Shown: in pieces, positions 12,058 to 24,750 of the stretch
Layout of the letters: every line of letters begins with the position of its first letter
Position numbering within the stretch: the first letter of the stretch is position 1
Assembly: GCF_040938485.1 (NCBI RefSeq)
Contig: NW_027271493.1
Coordinates: forward strand, 1,364,001-1,428,000
Length of the DNA: 64,000 bases
Direction of reading: 5' to 3'
Source of the DNA: Diadema antillarum
Taxonomy: Eukaryota
Position numbers and translations under genes: made by a program
The notes under the pieces: generated by a model
What the model was told of the DNA's origin: nothing
What the model saw: the letters and a program-made list of their open reading frames with translations, nothing else
The model's database searches: none

Positions 12058-14810
12058 ATTCCTATGTAGTCCTTTGAAACTCTACTTCATTCGGCTCTCC
12101 GTGCCAATAGTGCTCGTGTATACTTCGTGTCAGAATTGTCACCTGCGGTTTCCAACTGAAAATATTTTATGAAAGTGCATTTCCTGGATAAATTTCAATA
12201 GGATACACACTAAAATATATGATCTATGGCTGGAGAAAAAAGTATTGTGGAAATGATTTCTTGACAGAATGCAACACCAGAAATTACTTCATATCAGACG
12301 GCATAGTTCTCCCATTCTTTCTGCTTTTTTTTTTTTTTTTTACTGACGAAGATGAATAACTGTAATAACGAATCTCATTTCGATGCTTTACTATTTTTTC
12401 TAATTAATTTTGTCACATCATCGATAGGTAGTAGGTAGTCACAAACTCTACACGGCGTAGGATCAATATTGTATTTCATAAATAATGCAAAAACTGCCAT
12501 AAAAACCACAATTGTGTGGAGCCGTTACTCAAGACATTCAGCACTATAGTGTTTATAAGCGTAACAGGGCAGAAAAATGTAGAGACCTACAAGAGAATAA
12601 ATTGCTTTCTCTAATTACATGTGTTGTTTCTTTGCTTCTAAAACACTTTGTAATGCGTATCAGTTTGTCTGAATTCACTTTCCTAAACCTGCAAGTCGTA
12701 TTATGATAATTATAATTTTTTGCCAGCTACACTAGTACAGTATCAGAGGCGCCGATGAAGAGCGTAATGTTTCTGCCACTGGAACATGCCAACCAGTGTG
12801 AGGGGTATGTCGTGTATGTCGCTCGGTGTGTTGTTCGGTTTAATCTCACGCCCTTGCTGGACTAAACAAATCAATTGTAAGTTCTGCGCAAGGTTGATTT
12901 ACCTAATCAATTTAAACCACATAACAAAAGCGATGATTGGAATAGATATAGAGTCCTTATTACTCTAATCAGAAAATAAATGGTTTGTAACTTCATTTAT
13001 TCTGAATTTTTGGTATCACTTGTACTGTACAGGGATTATGTCACATCTCCAATTTTACAACAAAATCTTACCTCATCTCAAGGCTAGTAATTCTTTATCT
13101 TCACCCCACAAGCGTTCCTGAAACAAATCCCAGACTGGAAATACTCCAAATGAAAGACAATCCAAGACTCTTCATTGTTAGTTTCAGGCTATCCAGTGGG
13201 GACACTCAAACCTGTATTAATTAGCCAGCCAAATGGGAAGAAACATTAAGGCTATTTTGCAAGACATATCTATCCGTACTGGTTTAGAAACCAACGCTCA
13301 TGTAATTTTGAACTCAGATAAGGGATTTCATTATGCCCATATCACGAAAAGCGGATTTCAGTTTTGTATTGCCAAAAATTTGTTAGTTTGAAGACCATGC
13401 TAGACAGTAACTTAGAATGGTCTAATTTGGGCAGGTTGTCGTCTTCCAATACTCCCAAAGCATGCCAAGTAACATTCGGATGGAAAAGATGACTTTTTCC
13501 AACGTTCTATCAGGAGAAAGAATAAAATCTATATATTCAAGATATTCTTCAAAACCTGATTTTCATTTGAGTACCATCACGCATTCACGTGTATTCAATT
13601 TTCGGGCAATTAAAGCGTTTTTTTTTACGTCTCACGTTATGTGCTATCAAACTTTACTTCCGTCGTCGTGGGAACATAAATGAAGAATTTGTATTTCAAA
13701 ATGATGTCATCCTAACTTTTTTTTACGATCGTCATCAACATGGAATAGATCTGACACGATAAGTGAAGAAATGACTCCAAGTACGACGACCTCTACCAAA
13801 ATATTGTCATTTCCGTTTGGAGTGGAATGGCAGAAATATCCGGCTTTCTTGAAATAAACCAAAGCTTGTTTTCTGCAAATGGAGTGTCTGCCGCAGCTGA
13901 AGATTCATCGTACTTAACATTAACTGTATCCTTTAAATTGTTGAGGAAATCGTATTGTGTCAGTCTTTGTCTTCCTGTTTACTCCATCCTTCCTAACCCG
14001 TAGTAGCGAATCCGATTCAACGCTTGCATTTTCTGCCTGCGGTGTTTTCAAAAGCTTCACCAACATAATCAAAGGACCAGCATGCTCTGTCCTAAACAGT
14101 TATCCATACATACTTTCAAATTCGATGACTAGTTTCACAAGACACAGGAGTCTGTGTTTGGGATATATTTGAAACGATATCATTCCCAAGGATTGAAATA
14201 CGGGGATTTTTCTGTGGCATACGCGTTTTCCGACACAAAGGTCACTTCCGTCTCCATTGTCTCTCATGAGACTTCCTCGTTCAGTAGGTCTTTTGACATT
14301 GGTTGTTTGTCTAGAGGTGTGTAATAGGGCCTAGCCCGTCTCTCTGCTCTCTGTTTTGTCATTGCCCATTCATAAACTTGTTTGGTATCTTTATCAATAT
14401 TCTAATTGTTACACTTAAAGTATAACCAGAAATCTATTAGATTAGTTAACTTACAGACAGAATTATCTTTTACCAAATTCACCAATATACCAAACTTTTC
14501 ATGTGTAGTCACTGTTTGGTGCATTGTTACTTTTATCATCAAGCAACGGTGCTGTCTCGACACCATTAAGTTTCCTAAGATTAAAAAATAAGATTAAATG
14601 AAAACATGTCAACGTGTTAACCATCCATCAGTTGTAAGACAGATTAACTGGGCAGAAATCCATCCTAGTAGGCAGGCTTTTCTATAGAAAATTACCTGCT
14701 TACATGTCCCTCATAGCAGGTGAGCTATCCGTATATCAGCAGATGAGTATCATCTTGTTCTAATTATCATACTGAAATTGCATTTCGCAACGTTATTCTA
14801 TTTTTTCCGG
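12058..14810 (-). other. 2,753-bp spacer inside the split Ig domain (coding-like, many stops/frameshifts)
   Basis: Aligns end to end with 43814-46566 with only small indels; short open stretches in several frames are interrupted by shared stops. Confidence 0.7.
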
Positions 14811-15058
14811 TCAGCCTAACCAATGGGTAGCAGTGGAGCGGTATGTATCTGTAGGCCGAGCCGATTGAACATTTCCCTGGTAACCCCATCCTTTGTCTTG
14901 TCGAGCCTGATTGCTATTTGTGACCACGCCCTCAGTGATCTGGACGCCGTCCAAGAACCAGCTCGCTGTCTGTGACTCGAGCACTCCACTCTCGGTACAC
15001 CGCGCAGTGACTTGGCGGTTAGCCGTCAGGGAACTTGGAACGGTAAAAGTCACGGCGG
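14811..15058 (-). CDS. Gene 1: N-terminal half of the split Ig domain
   Basis: Acceptor ttcacag|CC (phase 1); AAVTFTVPSSLTANRQVTARCTESGVLESQTASWFLDGVQITEGVVTNSNQARQDKGWGYQGNVQSARPTDTYRSTATHWLG*; B-strand Cys and C-strand Trp present, second Cys absent. Confidence 0.8.
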
Positions 15059-15426
15059 CTGTGAAGTAAAAGCCAAACAAAATGATAAAAAGACCACAAA
15101 AAATGCATCGATCGCCGGTTTATCAATTTTACAGTTAACATTAAAAAACCATCATAAATAGAAACTGTGTAGAAATGAGCCTACATAATACGATTTGTCA
15201 TGATACATCAACTAACAAAAATTAATCATAAACTTAGTAAATTATTCAAATATGTATGGGAGCAAACACATGAATTAACAGTTAACCGTCCCTTTCTAAT
15301 TGTGTGAATACCATGCTTAGAAATGTGTCTCTTTTCAATTGATATTACAAGCATTCTCTTTGAGACACTGATTGATACTCAAACGCACCTTATGATAAAA
15401 GAAATTTGAGAGGAAGGCTATCTTAC

Positions 15427-15481
15427 CATATGAATGCACCAAGAAGAGCGACATCCAACATGTGACTATAATCATAGCCAT
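15427..15481 (-). CDS. Gene 1: signal-peptide exon
   Basis: MAMIIVTCWMSLFLVHSY-G|gtaaga, 55 nt, phase-1 donor; upstream acceptor ttcttgcag gives exon start at 15507. Confidence 0.85.
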
Positions 15482-15689
15482 GTCGACCTCCGATTTAGTA
15501 TCCAAGTCTGCAAGAACATTGAATGCATACGTGATAAAGTGAGATATATTAATGAAACGTATGGAAATATAACCTACTTAAGAAAAGCATGATTCAAAAA
15601 AGCTTCTATTGAAATTATTGCAAATCATGGAAGTGAGTATTTTCAGGCAATGTTCACTGGTTTTTACGTTGCACATGAAGTATTCTTAC

Positions 15690-15840
15690 CAAGAAAGAGA
15701 TGCTATTAGTCAGAACATGTGCATTCGGCGCCAACTTCCTGGGAATCTCTGGATCATTTATATCGGGATCGGCCTCACGACAGACACGGAAGCAGCGGGA
15801 CGGTGCACGGCCTTGGACAAAAATATCACTCCGCCTACTA
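15690..15840 (-). promoter_or_regulatory. Gene 1: candidate core promoter and short non-coding first exon
   Basis: GC-box-like AGGCGGAGT, TATAAAT at 15756-15762 and donor TTG|gtaaga at 15690, all conserved at 47734-47885. Confidence 0.55.
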
Positions 15841-16115
15841 CAATAATCGCCAAGCATTATGTGTCGGCAGTGTCTACTTGTATGTCCTTCATCAATGGTT
15901 TAAAACAAAACAGAATAAAACGAAACAACAAATGCGAAATAAAAAGCCAAATCCTGGCAATCAATGAAATTGAATAAGGTCGTCTATCATTACATCTATT
16001 TATTGTATTACATTTTAATCTCTGAATTTTTGAAAGAAGAGTTTGGTATATTCCATTACCCTGTCCCTTTGGGGAAGTTCCATGGAGTTCGGTAAACCAG
16101 CGTGTCACTGTTCAG

Positions 16116-16272
16116 NNNNNNNNNNNNNNNNNNNNNNNNNNNNNNNNNNNNNNNNNNNNNNNNNNNNNNNNNNNNNNNNNNNNNNNNNNNNNNNNNNNNN
16201 NNNNNNNNNNNNNNNNNNNNNNNNNNNNNNNNNNNNNNNNNNNNNNNNNNNNNNNNNNNNNNNNNNNNNNNN
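16116..16272. other. Assembly gap (N run)
   Basis: 157 N; the paralogous position holds a (TCT)n tract at ~48180-48300. Confidence 0.95.
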
Positions 16273-16494
16273 CCTCAATTAGTTGAAGATTTGGGGGGGG
16301 GGGGGCGACTGAACTTTGCTTCGAAACTGCCTTATAACAAAAATAGTAAAAAAAGTCTCATTTTTCTGTTTCGATAGAATTATTTATCACGTCACACCTT
16401 TTGCAAACACGGGATACGTTTGGACACTTATGCTATGTGTTAAAAAAACAGAAAATATTAAAAAAGATAGTAGAAGAATCCCAAAGAAAATATC

Positions 16495-19467
16495 AACTAT
16501 CAAGAAGAGGTCAAAATTGCATGTCTCACTCCTGAATCTAAAATAGATCTCAGGACTTGCTCTCTTCATTCCGTCCTATGTTAGCTCCGACAATTTATTT
16601 TACAAAACATTTTATATAACCTTATTTTGATTGATTGATTGATTGATTGATTTTATTTCTGCCTTTTTCCAAATCACACATAACAAAAGAATACACATAT
16701 TTGGAAATCACGTTACAGGACATTTAAGCAAGCATATACTGTCTTACAAATTAATTCAAGGTACATATACACATACACACTATGAACATGACAGTATTCG
16801 ATGTATAAAACATGTAGCATATCACTCACAAAAAAGAAAGTTCGGAGGAGAATCATCAAATCAACACTTGTAGATTATATGAATAATAATGAAATATTCA
16901 TTCAGAGCATATGATCACGTCGTTTCATTAAACGAATTTCAAAGAGAAGAATGTTAGCTCCGACAATTTATTTTACACAACATTTTATATAACCTTATTT
17001 TGACTGATTGATTGATTTTATTTCTGCCTTTTTCCAAATCACACATAACAAAAGAATACACATATTTGGAAATCACGTTACAGGACATTTAAGCAAGCAT
17101 ATACTGTCTTACAAATTAATTCAAGGTACATATACACATACACACTATGAACATGACAGTATTCGATGTATAAAACATGTAGCATATCACTCGCAAAAAA
17201 GAAAGTTCGGAGGAGAATCATCAAATCAACACTTGTAGATTATATGAATAATAATGAAATATTCATTCAGAGCATATGATCACGTCGTTTCATTAAACGA
17301 ATTTCAAAGAGAAGAATGTTAGCTCCGACAATTTATTTTACAAAACATTTTATATAACCTTATTTTGATTGATTGATTGATTGATTGATTTTATTTCTGC
17401 CTTTTTCCAAATCACACATAACAAAAGAATACACATATTTGGAAATCACGTTACAGGACATTTAAGCAAGCATATACTGTCTTACAAATTAATTCAAGGT
17501 ACATATACACATACTCACTATGAACATGTATAAAACATGTAGCATATCACTCACAAAAAAGAAAGTTCGGAGGAGAATCATCAAATCAACACTTGTAGAT
17601 TATATGAATAATAATGAAATATTCATTCAGAGCATATGATCACGTCGTTTCATTAAACGAATATCAAAGAGAAGAATATAACAGAGGGGACTTGAATAAA
17701 TTGATATTAGAAATTAAACATTTTGGTTATAATAATAACAGAAAAGCAGGAGACCGCGATCATAAGCAGCAGCTTGACATGGATCGAGGCCTCGGGGTAA
17801 AATTCAAAGCTTAAAATCGATTTACATATTTGTATAATGGACGTGTCTACCAAAGCAGAATCAATAGTCAAATCGAAAATATTGTAATAATTTATGAAAT
17901 TAAAAGTAAAGGAGAAATTCAAAATAGTTTTCGTTTGTTTCTTATCAATAGGCATTTTTTACCATAATACTGTGCTATCAAGAACTATCAAGAAGAGGTC
18001 AAAATTGCATGTCTCACTCCTGAATCTAAAATAGATCTCAGGACTTGCTCTCTTCATTCCGTCCTATGTTAGCTCCGACAATTTATTTTACAAAACATTT
18101 TATATAACCTTATTTTGATTGATTGATTGATTGATTGATTTTATTTCTGCCTTTTTCCAAATCACACATAACAAAAGAATACACATATTTGGAAATCACG
18201 TTACAGGACATTTAAGCAAGCATATACTGTCTTACAAATTAATTCAAGGTACATATACACATACACACTATGAACATGACAGTATTCGATGTATAAAACA
18301 TGTAGCATATCACTCACAAAAAAGAAAGTTCGGAGGAGAATCATCAAATCAACACTTGTAGATTATATGAATAATAATGAAATATTCATTCAGAGCATAT
18401 GATCAAGTCGTTTCATTAAACGAATTTCAAAGAGAAGAATGTTAGCTCCGACAATTTATTTTACACAACATTTTATATAACCTTATTTTGACTGATTGAT
18501 TGATTGATTTTATTTCTGCCTTTTTCCAAATCACACATAACAAAAGAATACACATATTTGGAAATCACGTTACAGGACATTTAAGCAAGCATATACTGTC
18601 TTGCAAATTAATTCAAGGTACATATACACATACACACTATGAACATGACAGTATTCGATGTATAAAACATGTAGCATATCACTCGCAAAAAAGAAAGTTC
18701 GGAGGAGAATCATCAAATCAACACTTGTAGATTATATGAATAATAATGAAATATTCATTCAGAGCATATGATCACGTCGTTTCATTAAACGAATTTCAAA
18801 GAGAAGAATGTTAGCTCCGACAATTTATTTTACAAAACATTTTATATAACCTTATTTTGATTGATTGATTGATTGATTGATTTTATTTCTGCCTTTTTCC
18901 AAATCACACATAACAAAAGAATACACATATTTGGAAATCACGTTACAGGACATTTAAGCAAGCATATACTGTCTTACAAATTAATTCAAGGTACATATAC
19001 ACATACTCACTATGAACATGTATAAAACATGTAGCATATCACTCACAAAAAAGAAAGTTCGGAGGAGAATCATCAAATCAACACTTGTAGATTATATGAA
19101 TAATAATGAAATATTCATTCAGAGCATATGATCACGTCGTTTCATTAAACGAATATCAAAGAGAAGAATATAACAGAGGGGACTTGAATAAATTGATATT
19201 AGAAATTAAACATTTTGGTTATAATAATAACAGAAAAGCAGGAGACCGCGATCATAAGCAGCAGCTTGACATGGATCGAGGCCTCGGGGTAAAATTCAAA
19301 GCTTAAAATCGATTTACATATTTGTATAATGGACGTGTCTACCAAAGCAGAATCAATAGTCAAATCGAAAATATTGTAATAATTTATGAAATTAAAAGTA
19401 AAGGAGAAATTCAAAATAGTTTTCCTTTGTTTCTTATCAATAGGCATTTTTTACCATAATACTGTGC
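16495..19467. repeat. Nested tandem array: two ~1.49-kb units, each with three ~365-370-bp subunits plus a tail; contains a LINE-like 3' end
   Basis: GTTAGCTCCGACAATTTATTTT recurs at ~16580, 16953, 17318, 18068, 18441, 18810; ORF offsets are 1488-1492; each subunit has a minus-strand AATAAA + (AATC)n tail; absent from the paralog at ~48.6 kb. Confidence 0.9.
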
Positions 19468-20169
19468 TGAGGTGAGTGCTGTGCTGTGCTGTGCTGTGCT
19501 GTGCTGTGCTGTGCGGAGCTGTGCATGTGATACAATACATTTTTTTTCAATTTAATGTTTGGGTATATATACCTAATTAAATTGATTCTGGTTTATTCTT
19601 TGTGTCACATGTATGTCTTCTACATACTTCTGTATACAATATCAGCAATTTTGATGCGCAGCAAAGTACTAAAACTAATACTATATCAATATTGACTTTT
19701 TATGAGTGAACGTAGAAACCCCAATTTCTTCAGAAAATCTCAAATGTATAGTAAGGCTTCAGGGAGGGTCATTGCACATTTCATGTTTTGTAATAAATTG
19801 TTATCGTACATTGTATATATAAAACTATTGTAATTAGCGACTACATGTATGATTATGAGAACTAATGTTGGGGGCTTTTTTGGGGGGGTAGTGACACTCA
19901 GGGATTAAACATTATGCACGTTTTTCTCTACTACCATTATTTTGCCTTAGATGTAGAATAATGGAGAAAAGAATGAAAAACCTAAAAGCCATTACTTCTA
20001 AGTGTAATTTCTTCACCAAAAAATATCTTAAAATTAGATATCACCATACGAATTCTATTGGGTCGACTAGACACGAATAATGTGTGGACATTTCTCTAGA
20101 GATGTGACTTTTCAGCTAATTTTCACAAATTCACTTTTGTAATGTCTAATAGAAAAAATGTCCCACTTG

Positions 20170-20694
20170 AACCGTAGGGCCTATAACTGTATGAAGATCT
20201 ATTAATAACGAGAAGTCTCGTATATTACGAGAGGTGCATGCGGTTTGGGAAAATCAGATGATACGGTATGTAACTAGATACTAAGCAGAAATACAGCATA
20301 GTGTTTCAATGATAACACTCATAAGATAAACACATTTAAGTCACGTGACAGGATGTGAGTCAAGACTCAACACTTGGTCGCAAAACCAACAGCAAGCAGA
20401 CCGTTAAGGATTCCATACCTCCGATTTGAAATGTGAATAAACTGATTACGAAAAGATGTACATGTATGAGTAATAAAGTTCAGAGTTACTTGACGATGAT
20501 TGAATGCAATCAAGAAATGTCTTGAAGTATAATAATTTGGCATGTAAACACTATCATGAAGTAGTTGACTTATAAAAATGTTTTCGTCAGCTCATCTGCC
20601 CTCTTTGTGACGGCAATACATTAAAGTGCAGACATTGAAAAGAGTTAGTGAAGGTGCACCCAATGTCGGAATACATTATACCTCATATCATCAG

Positions 20695-20700
<6 letters not shown>
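20170..20700. promoter_or_regulatory. Conserved non-coding block upstream of genes 1 and 2 (paralog ~48790-49330)
   Basis: Near-identical stretch AAGTCACGTGACAGGATGTGAGTCAAGACTCAACAC contains an E-box (CACGTG) and an AP-1-type site (TGAGTCA); function is inferred only. Confidence 0.35.
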
Positions 20701-20726
<26 letters not shown>

Positions 20727-21222
20727 TGTAGACAATATACATGGATTCAAAGAGAAATTAAAATATGATATCACAGGCCCACCATTATCCAGTCTTTCTC
20801 TTTCACTTTATCATCGTGACATGGTTTTTACACAGTACCATTAGCTATGGTCTTTCTAACGCATACTTTATCGATTATTACACATGTATTTCCATGAAAT
20901 CAATTCATTCTTTTTTCAAACTAATCAAAATATTGATGTCTCTATAGTCTCAGGGTATACATCTTTCCCTGAACTGAGTCTCAAAATGATTCCTCAACTA
21001 TCAACCCCTGTCTTATGCCATGAAGCATATCAAACTCCATCAGTAGATGATTGTGTTTGAAATGTTATTTCAGCTCTTGATGTAGGCGCTGGGTAGATTC
21101 TGTATCACGATGTTCCCAGCATTAGAAATGTCTTGTTCTCGATTCTTGTGTTATTTTGAACGTACATTGCTCTAAGGTAAATTGTTACATTATTTTTCCC
21201 CTATTGTTTTGGTCCATAATAT

Positions 21223-21922
21223 GTGACCGCCCAGCTCAAAACCCACAAAAAAGAAGGCCAAAATGAATTTCAACTTTTCTACATTGCTAAAAATAATAGG
21301 CCCTAAGCTCTGTGCTTTAAAATGTTATGTGGCCTTGCAATACAAAACAACAAAAAATGGAGCCAGACACGATGGGCAGATACTAAAATATCAGACCCTA
21401 AGCTTCAAAATGACATAAAAGTCAATACAAATGGGCTTTCCTAACCCATCTGAATTATGGAAAGAATGTGCACCCTCTGGAAAAGTGTTTACTGAGAACT
21501 GAGGCTTTGAAGTTTACGGTCGGTTCGAGTACTTAATCTTACACAGCAGTGCTGTGTGCAGTACGTGGGACCAAAAAAAACATCAAACTTTCAATGCAAT
21601 AGGATTATCCTTTCAAAAGTTGTTAGATTGAAAGTTACGAGGCTGTAAATGGTTTTGAAGATATTCAAAGGGACATAACATACCTAATCACACACACGTC
21701 GCGAAAAAAAAATATTCTAGAAAACGTCCCCAAAAAATCAATTTCATATTTATTTCATGATCACAAACTTTGAAATGATTTATTGCTCTTTCAAAAAATA
21801 TCAAAAACTAAACACTGACTAGGTTGACCCTTGTTACCTATTTTACGTCCTCATCAAATTAAATCTGGTTGTGTGACTTTTTGTTGGTTGGTTTTTTGCA
21901 AGATGCATGCATTCATGGTCAC
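21223..21922. mobile_element. MITE with AWWT target site (Sola1-like)
   Basis: ATAT|GTGACC ... GGTCAC|ATAT; absent from copy 2. Confidence 0.6.
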
Positions 21923-22383
21923 ATATGAACTAGTCAGAATTGGACCATCCTATAACCCATTCAAAGAGTGATTGAAATGAGAGACAGTTAGGGGATGCAG
22001 TTTTATACGAAAGGTAGAAAATTAGGATTTAAAGATTAGGGCCATTCAAGCATGCTGTGCAGAAGAATAAATGAAAACCTGGTTTAGTTCACAGTGAAAG
22101 CAGCGCCTGTCCGGAGAAATAATGGTAAAAAAAAAACTGCTACTTTTAAGCTGCCAAATTTTGACAGTAGGTAGAGAATAGATTACTCTCTCAGGTGAGA
22201 TACCGTGCAAAATTTGAGTCGATCAACTCAGGTTCTGGTCCATTACAGAGAATCCTATTCTGCGACTTTTTTATCTTTAGCTTGGCGGTCAGATATTTAC
22301 CAGTATATGATTTCTTTGTTCCACAGTAAATCGAATTTATTTCCCATTATAAAGGAGAATGTGTCATATTACTAAAGTCAAAC

Positions 22384-23887
22384 ATATAGGTTTTCCCGGT
22401 CAATTTCATACTTTTGTCACTCAAATTCATTAATGTGCATTCAAATTCACGCAGCGCACGCACGCGAAAATATTCGGGCATTCAAATTAAGAATCCGAGC
22501 GATCAATTTCATTTATGAGCGTTCTATTTCGTTTTCGTGAAAGCAAATTCACGATTGGGCATTCAATTTCAAAATGCGAGCACCGATTTTCCTACTCGTG
22601 CATTCAAATTCATGCGATAGTCACGTGATAGTCCCAATGAGCTTGTTTGGAGCATTCAAATTCATTTTTAGGCGGTCAAGTTCTTACTTCGTGCAATCAA
22701 TTTAACGAGGAAAATGGAGGAGACTTTTAAGAAAGGAAAAGGGGCCAACACAACCAATGAATGCTTGCATATAGTGCAATTAGGACTGTTTACACGTTCT
22801 AAATTGTTCTCTGTTCATGTATTCTTTGTTTTTCATCTCAATAAATTTCAAATTGCAATGTCCAATCAGCAGTGCATCCAAACAACACAACGAATAGTAA
22901 TCATATTTCTTGATGACATTGTATACTGACAACGCCCCAACACCAACCACATAATGACAGTTCATCACTTTAAGACAAACTGACACACAATGAGCTCACT
23001 TTAGTCCCGCAAAAGTAAATCAATAAGACAGCAATACTGACACAACAAACAGCACGTATAAAATGTTCATGTATCAGTTTCAATATAGTCGAAATTGTTT
23101 TTTTTTCCTCAAAAGTGTCAACCAACCCTCCGTATTATGCTCGTCTGTAGGCCTATACAGTGCCTAATTTTTGTTTGTTTGTTTCCTTTTCTATCAAAGA
23201 AGATGGCTGGATAACCCATATTCAGCTGCAAAAGCTGGTCTTCCGTATGGGGTCCAGTTAGATGTTCTGCTCTTTGCGATGAATAAATGAAGTGGGATCT
23301 TTTACGTGCATGAGTTGTGACTCTCTTACACAGGGGACCTCCATTTTATGTCTAATCCGAGAGGGACATGTGCCTGTATATTCCTATTTGCTAAGTGCGA
23401 GTTCAAAATTGTCAATGAACAGGTGGACCTCTACTGCAAAATAAATAATCATCATAAATCCCAATATATTCAAAGCCAAATGAGAAACACATGCATACAC
23501 GGCCCAAAACTAACTAAATTCAGGACTTCTTTTAAATTGTATGCAGTTATTTGGAACATGGTTGCCTATTCACGAATTTGAATGACCGACGAGATTCTGT
23601 CGCCAGCTTGACATGAATTTGAATGCTTATTGATGAAATGCGTGCTCCTCTCTTAAATTTGAATGCTCTGATAGTGAATTTGAACGTTCCGATAGTGAAT
23701 TTGAATGCTCCGTTAGTGAATTTGAATGCTCCGACAGTGAATTTGAATGCTCGGATAGTGAATTCGAATGACCGGATTTTGAATTTGATTGCTGGTTCAG
23801 TGCTGCGAGCGTGGAATGCGTGAAATCGAATGCTCGGAATAGGAACTTGAATGACAAAAGTATGAAATTGACCGGGAAAACCTATAT
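22384..23887. mobile_element. Foldback-type element with long TIRs and ~21-bp subterminal repeats
   Basis: ATATAGGTTTTCCCGGTCAATTTCATACTTTTGTCA ... TGACAAAAGTATGAAATTGACCGGGAAAACCTATAT; arms contain repeated GCATTCAAATTCA / TGAATTTGAATGC; absent from copy 2. Confidence 0.8.
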
Positions 23888-24689
23888 TACACTGTTCCTT
23901 TGTCTAAACCCCACACAAGATACAATCATGTTGACGAGCCCAGATATAAACGGGGGGAGGGGGATCAAGGAAAACAACAAGGCATATACAGAATAGGCAA
24001 AAATCTATACAAAATGAAAGCTCTGTTATTAGAGACAAAAATGATATTTCATGTAGGGAAGAGGGCGGCAATGCTCTTGCCTCAGATTCCAGCATTACCT
24101 CATGCTTCCTTAGTCAAAGTAGTGTAGTCTTTGAATGGTTGTCACATCTCTTTTCATTTTTAAATGTGTTGCATTGGTCCCATACAACGCATCGCGCAAG
24201 AAATCTAAACAAGGTAAATTATGCCACAGGTACCTCCCCCAGCTGCATGCCCCATGCACTGATAAGTGAATAAGTGGACAAAATTATATCCTGGACGGTA
24301 TAATTTCATTTGTTTGGAAAGCCAAAGCCTATGAAGAGCGAGGCGAGAATTATACTTCCTCATTAGTGTTATTGTGACACTCCACTGCCAGAAGACACGA
24401 CATTGGACACCGGTCACTTACGTCTTAAAATCAAAATGAATATGACACAAACGGCAAATCACGTCTTCCTTCAGTTACGTTGTAATACTAGTAAGAGAAT
24501 TGTTCACAGTGTTTTGGTAACACGCCCCCTTCAATAACGGATAGGCCACGCTTTAGTAACTTTTCTACTGATATTAAAAGCATGTTTGTCATGTCATAGC
24601 CAGTGAGAATATTGATGTGCGATATCTCATACAAACATTTCAACAGCAGTAAGGCCACTGTAACACACAACAGAAAGGGCTCAAACACG

Positions 24690-24750
<61 letters not shown>

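Noticed and set aside
11892-12155. Ordinary 264-nt phase 1-1 exon starting at ttttcag| in gene 1
   Set aside because: Three in-frame stops precede the Tyr-rich tip, and the AG is absent in gene 2.
12200-14400. Spacer as a decayed NLR (NACHT-LRR), TLR, discoidin or RAG1/Transib ORF
   Set aside because: Only vague short resemblances (QYKTEIRF, FRNACG, GKSTL in one copy, NNEESWIV); no diagnostic motif set in a consistent order and frame.
12058-14810. RAG-type recombination signals (CACAGTG heptamer / ACAAAAACC nonamer) flanking the split-domain tips
   Set aside because: I saw no heptamer or nonamer next to either tip in either copy, so classical V(D)J signals are not supported.
14696-15058. 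Ordinary 363-nt phase 1-1 exon ending at the strong donor CAG|gtaatt
   Set aside because: Length and phase fit in both copies, but the frame contains 4-5 stops after HWLG/HYLG, so it cannot encode a continuous domain as written.
16643-19447. Repeated 76-aa, 66-aa and 82-aa ORFs
   Set aside because: By-products of the tandem array over LINE-like 3' UTR sequence; no coding signature.
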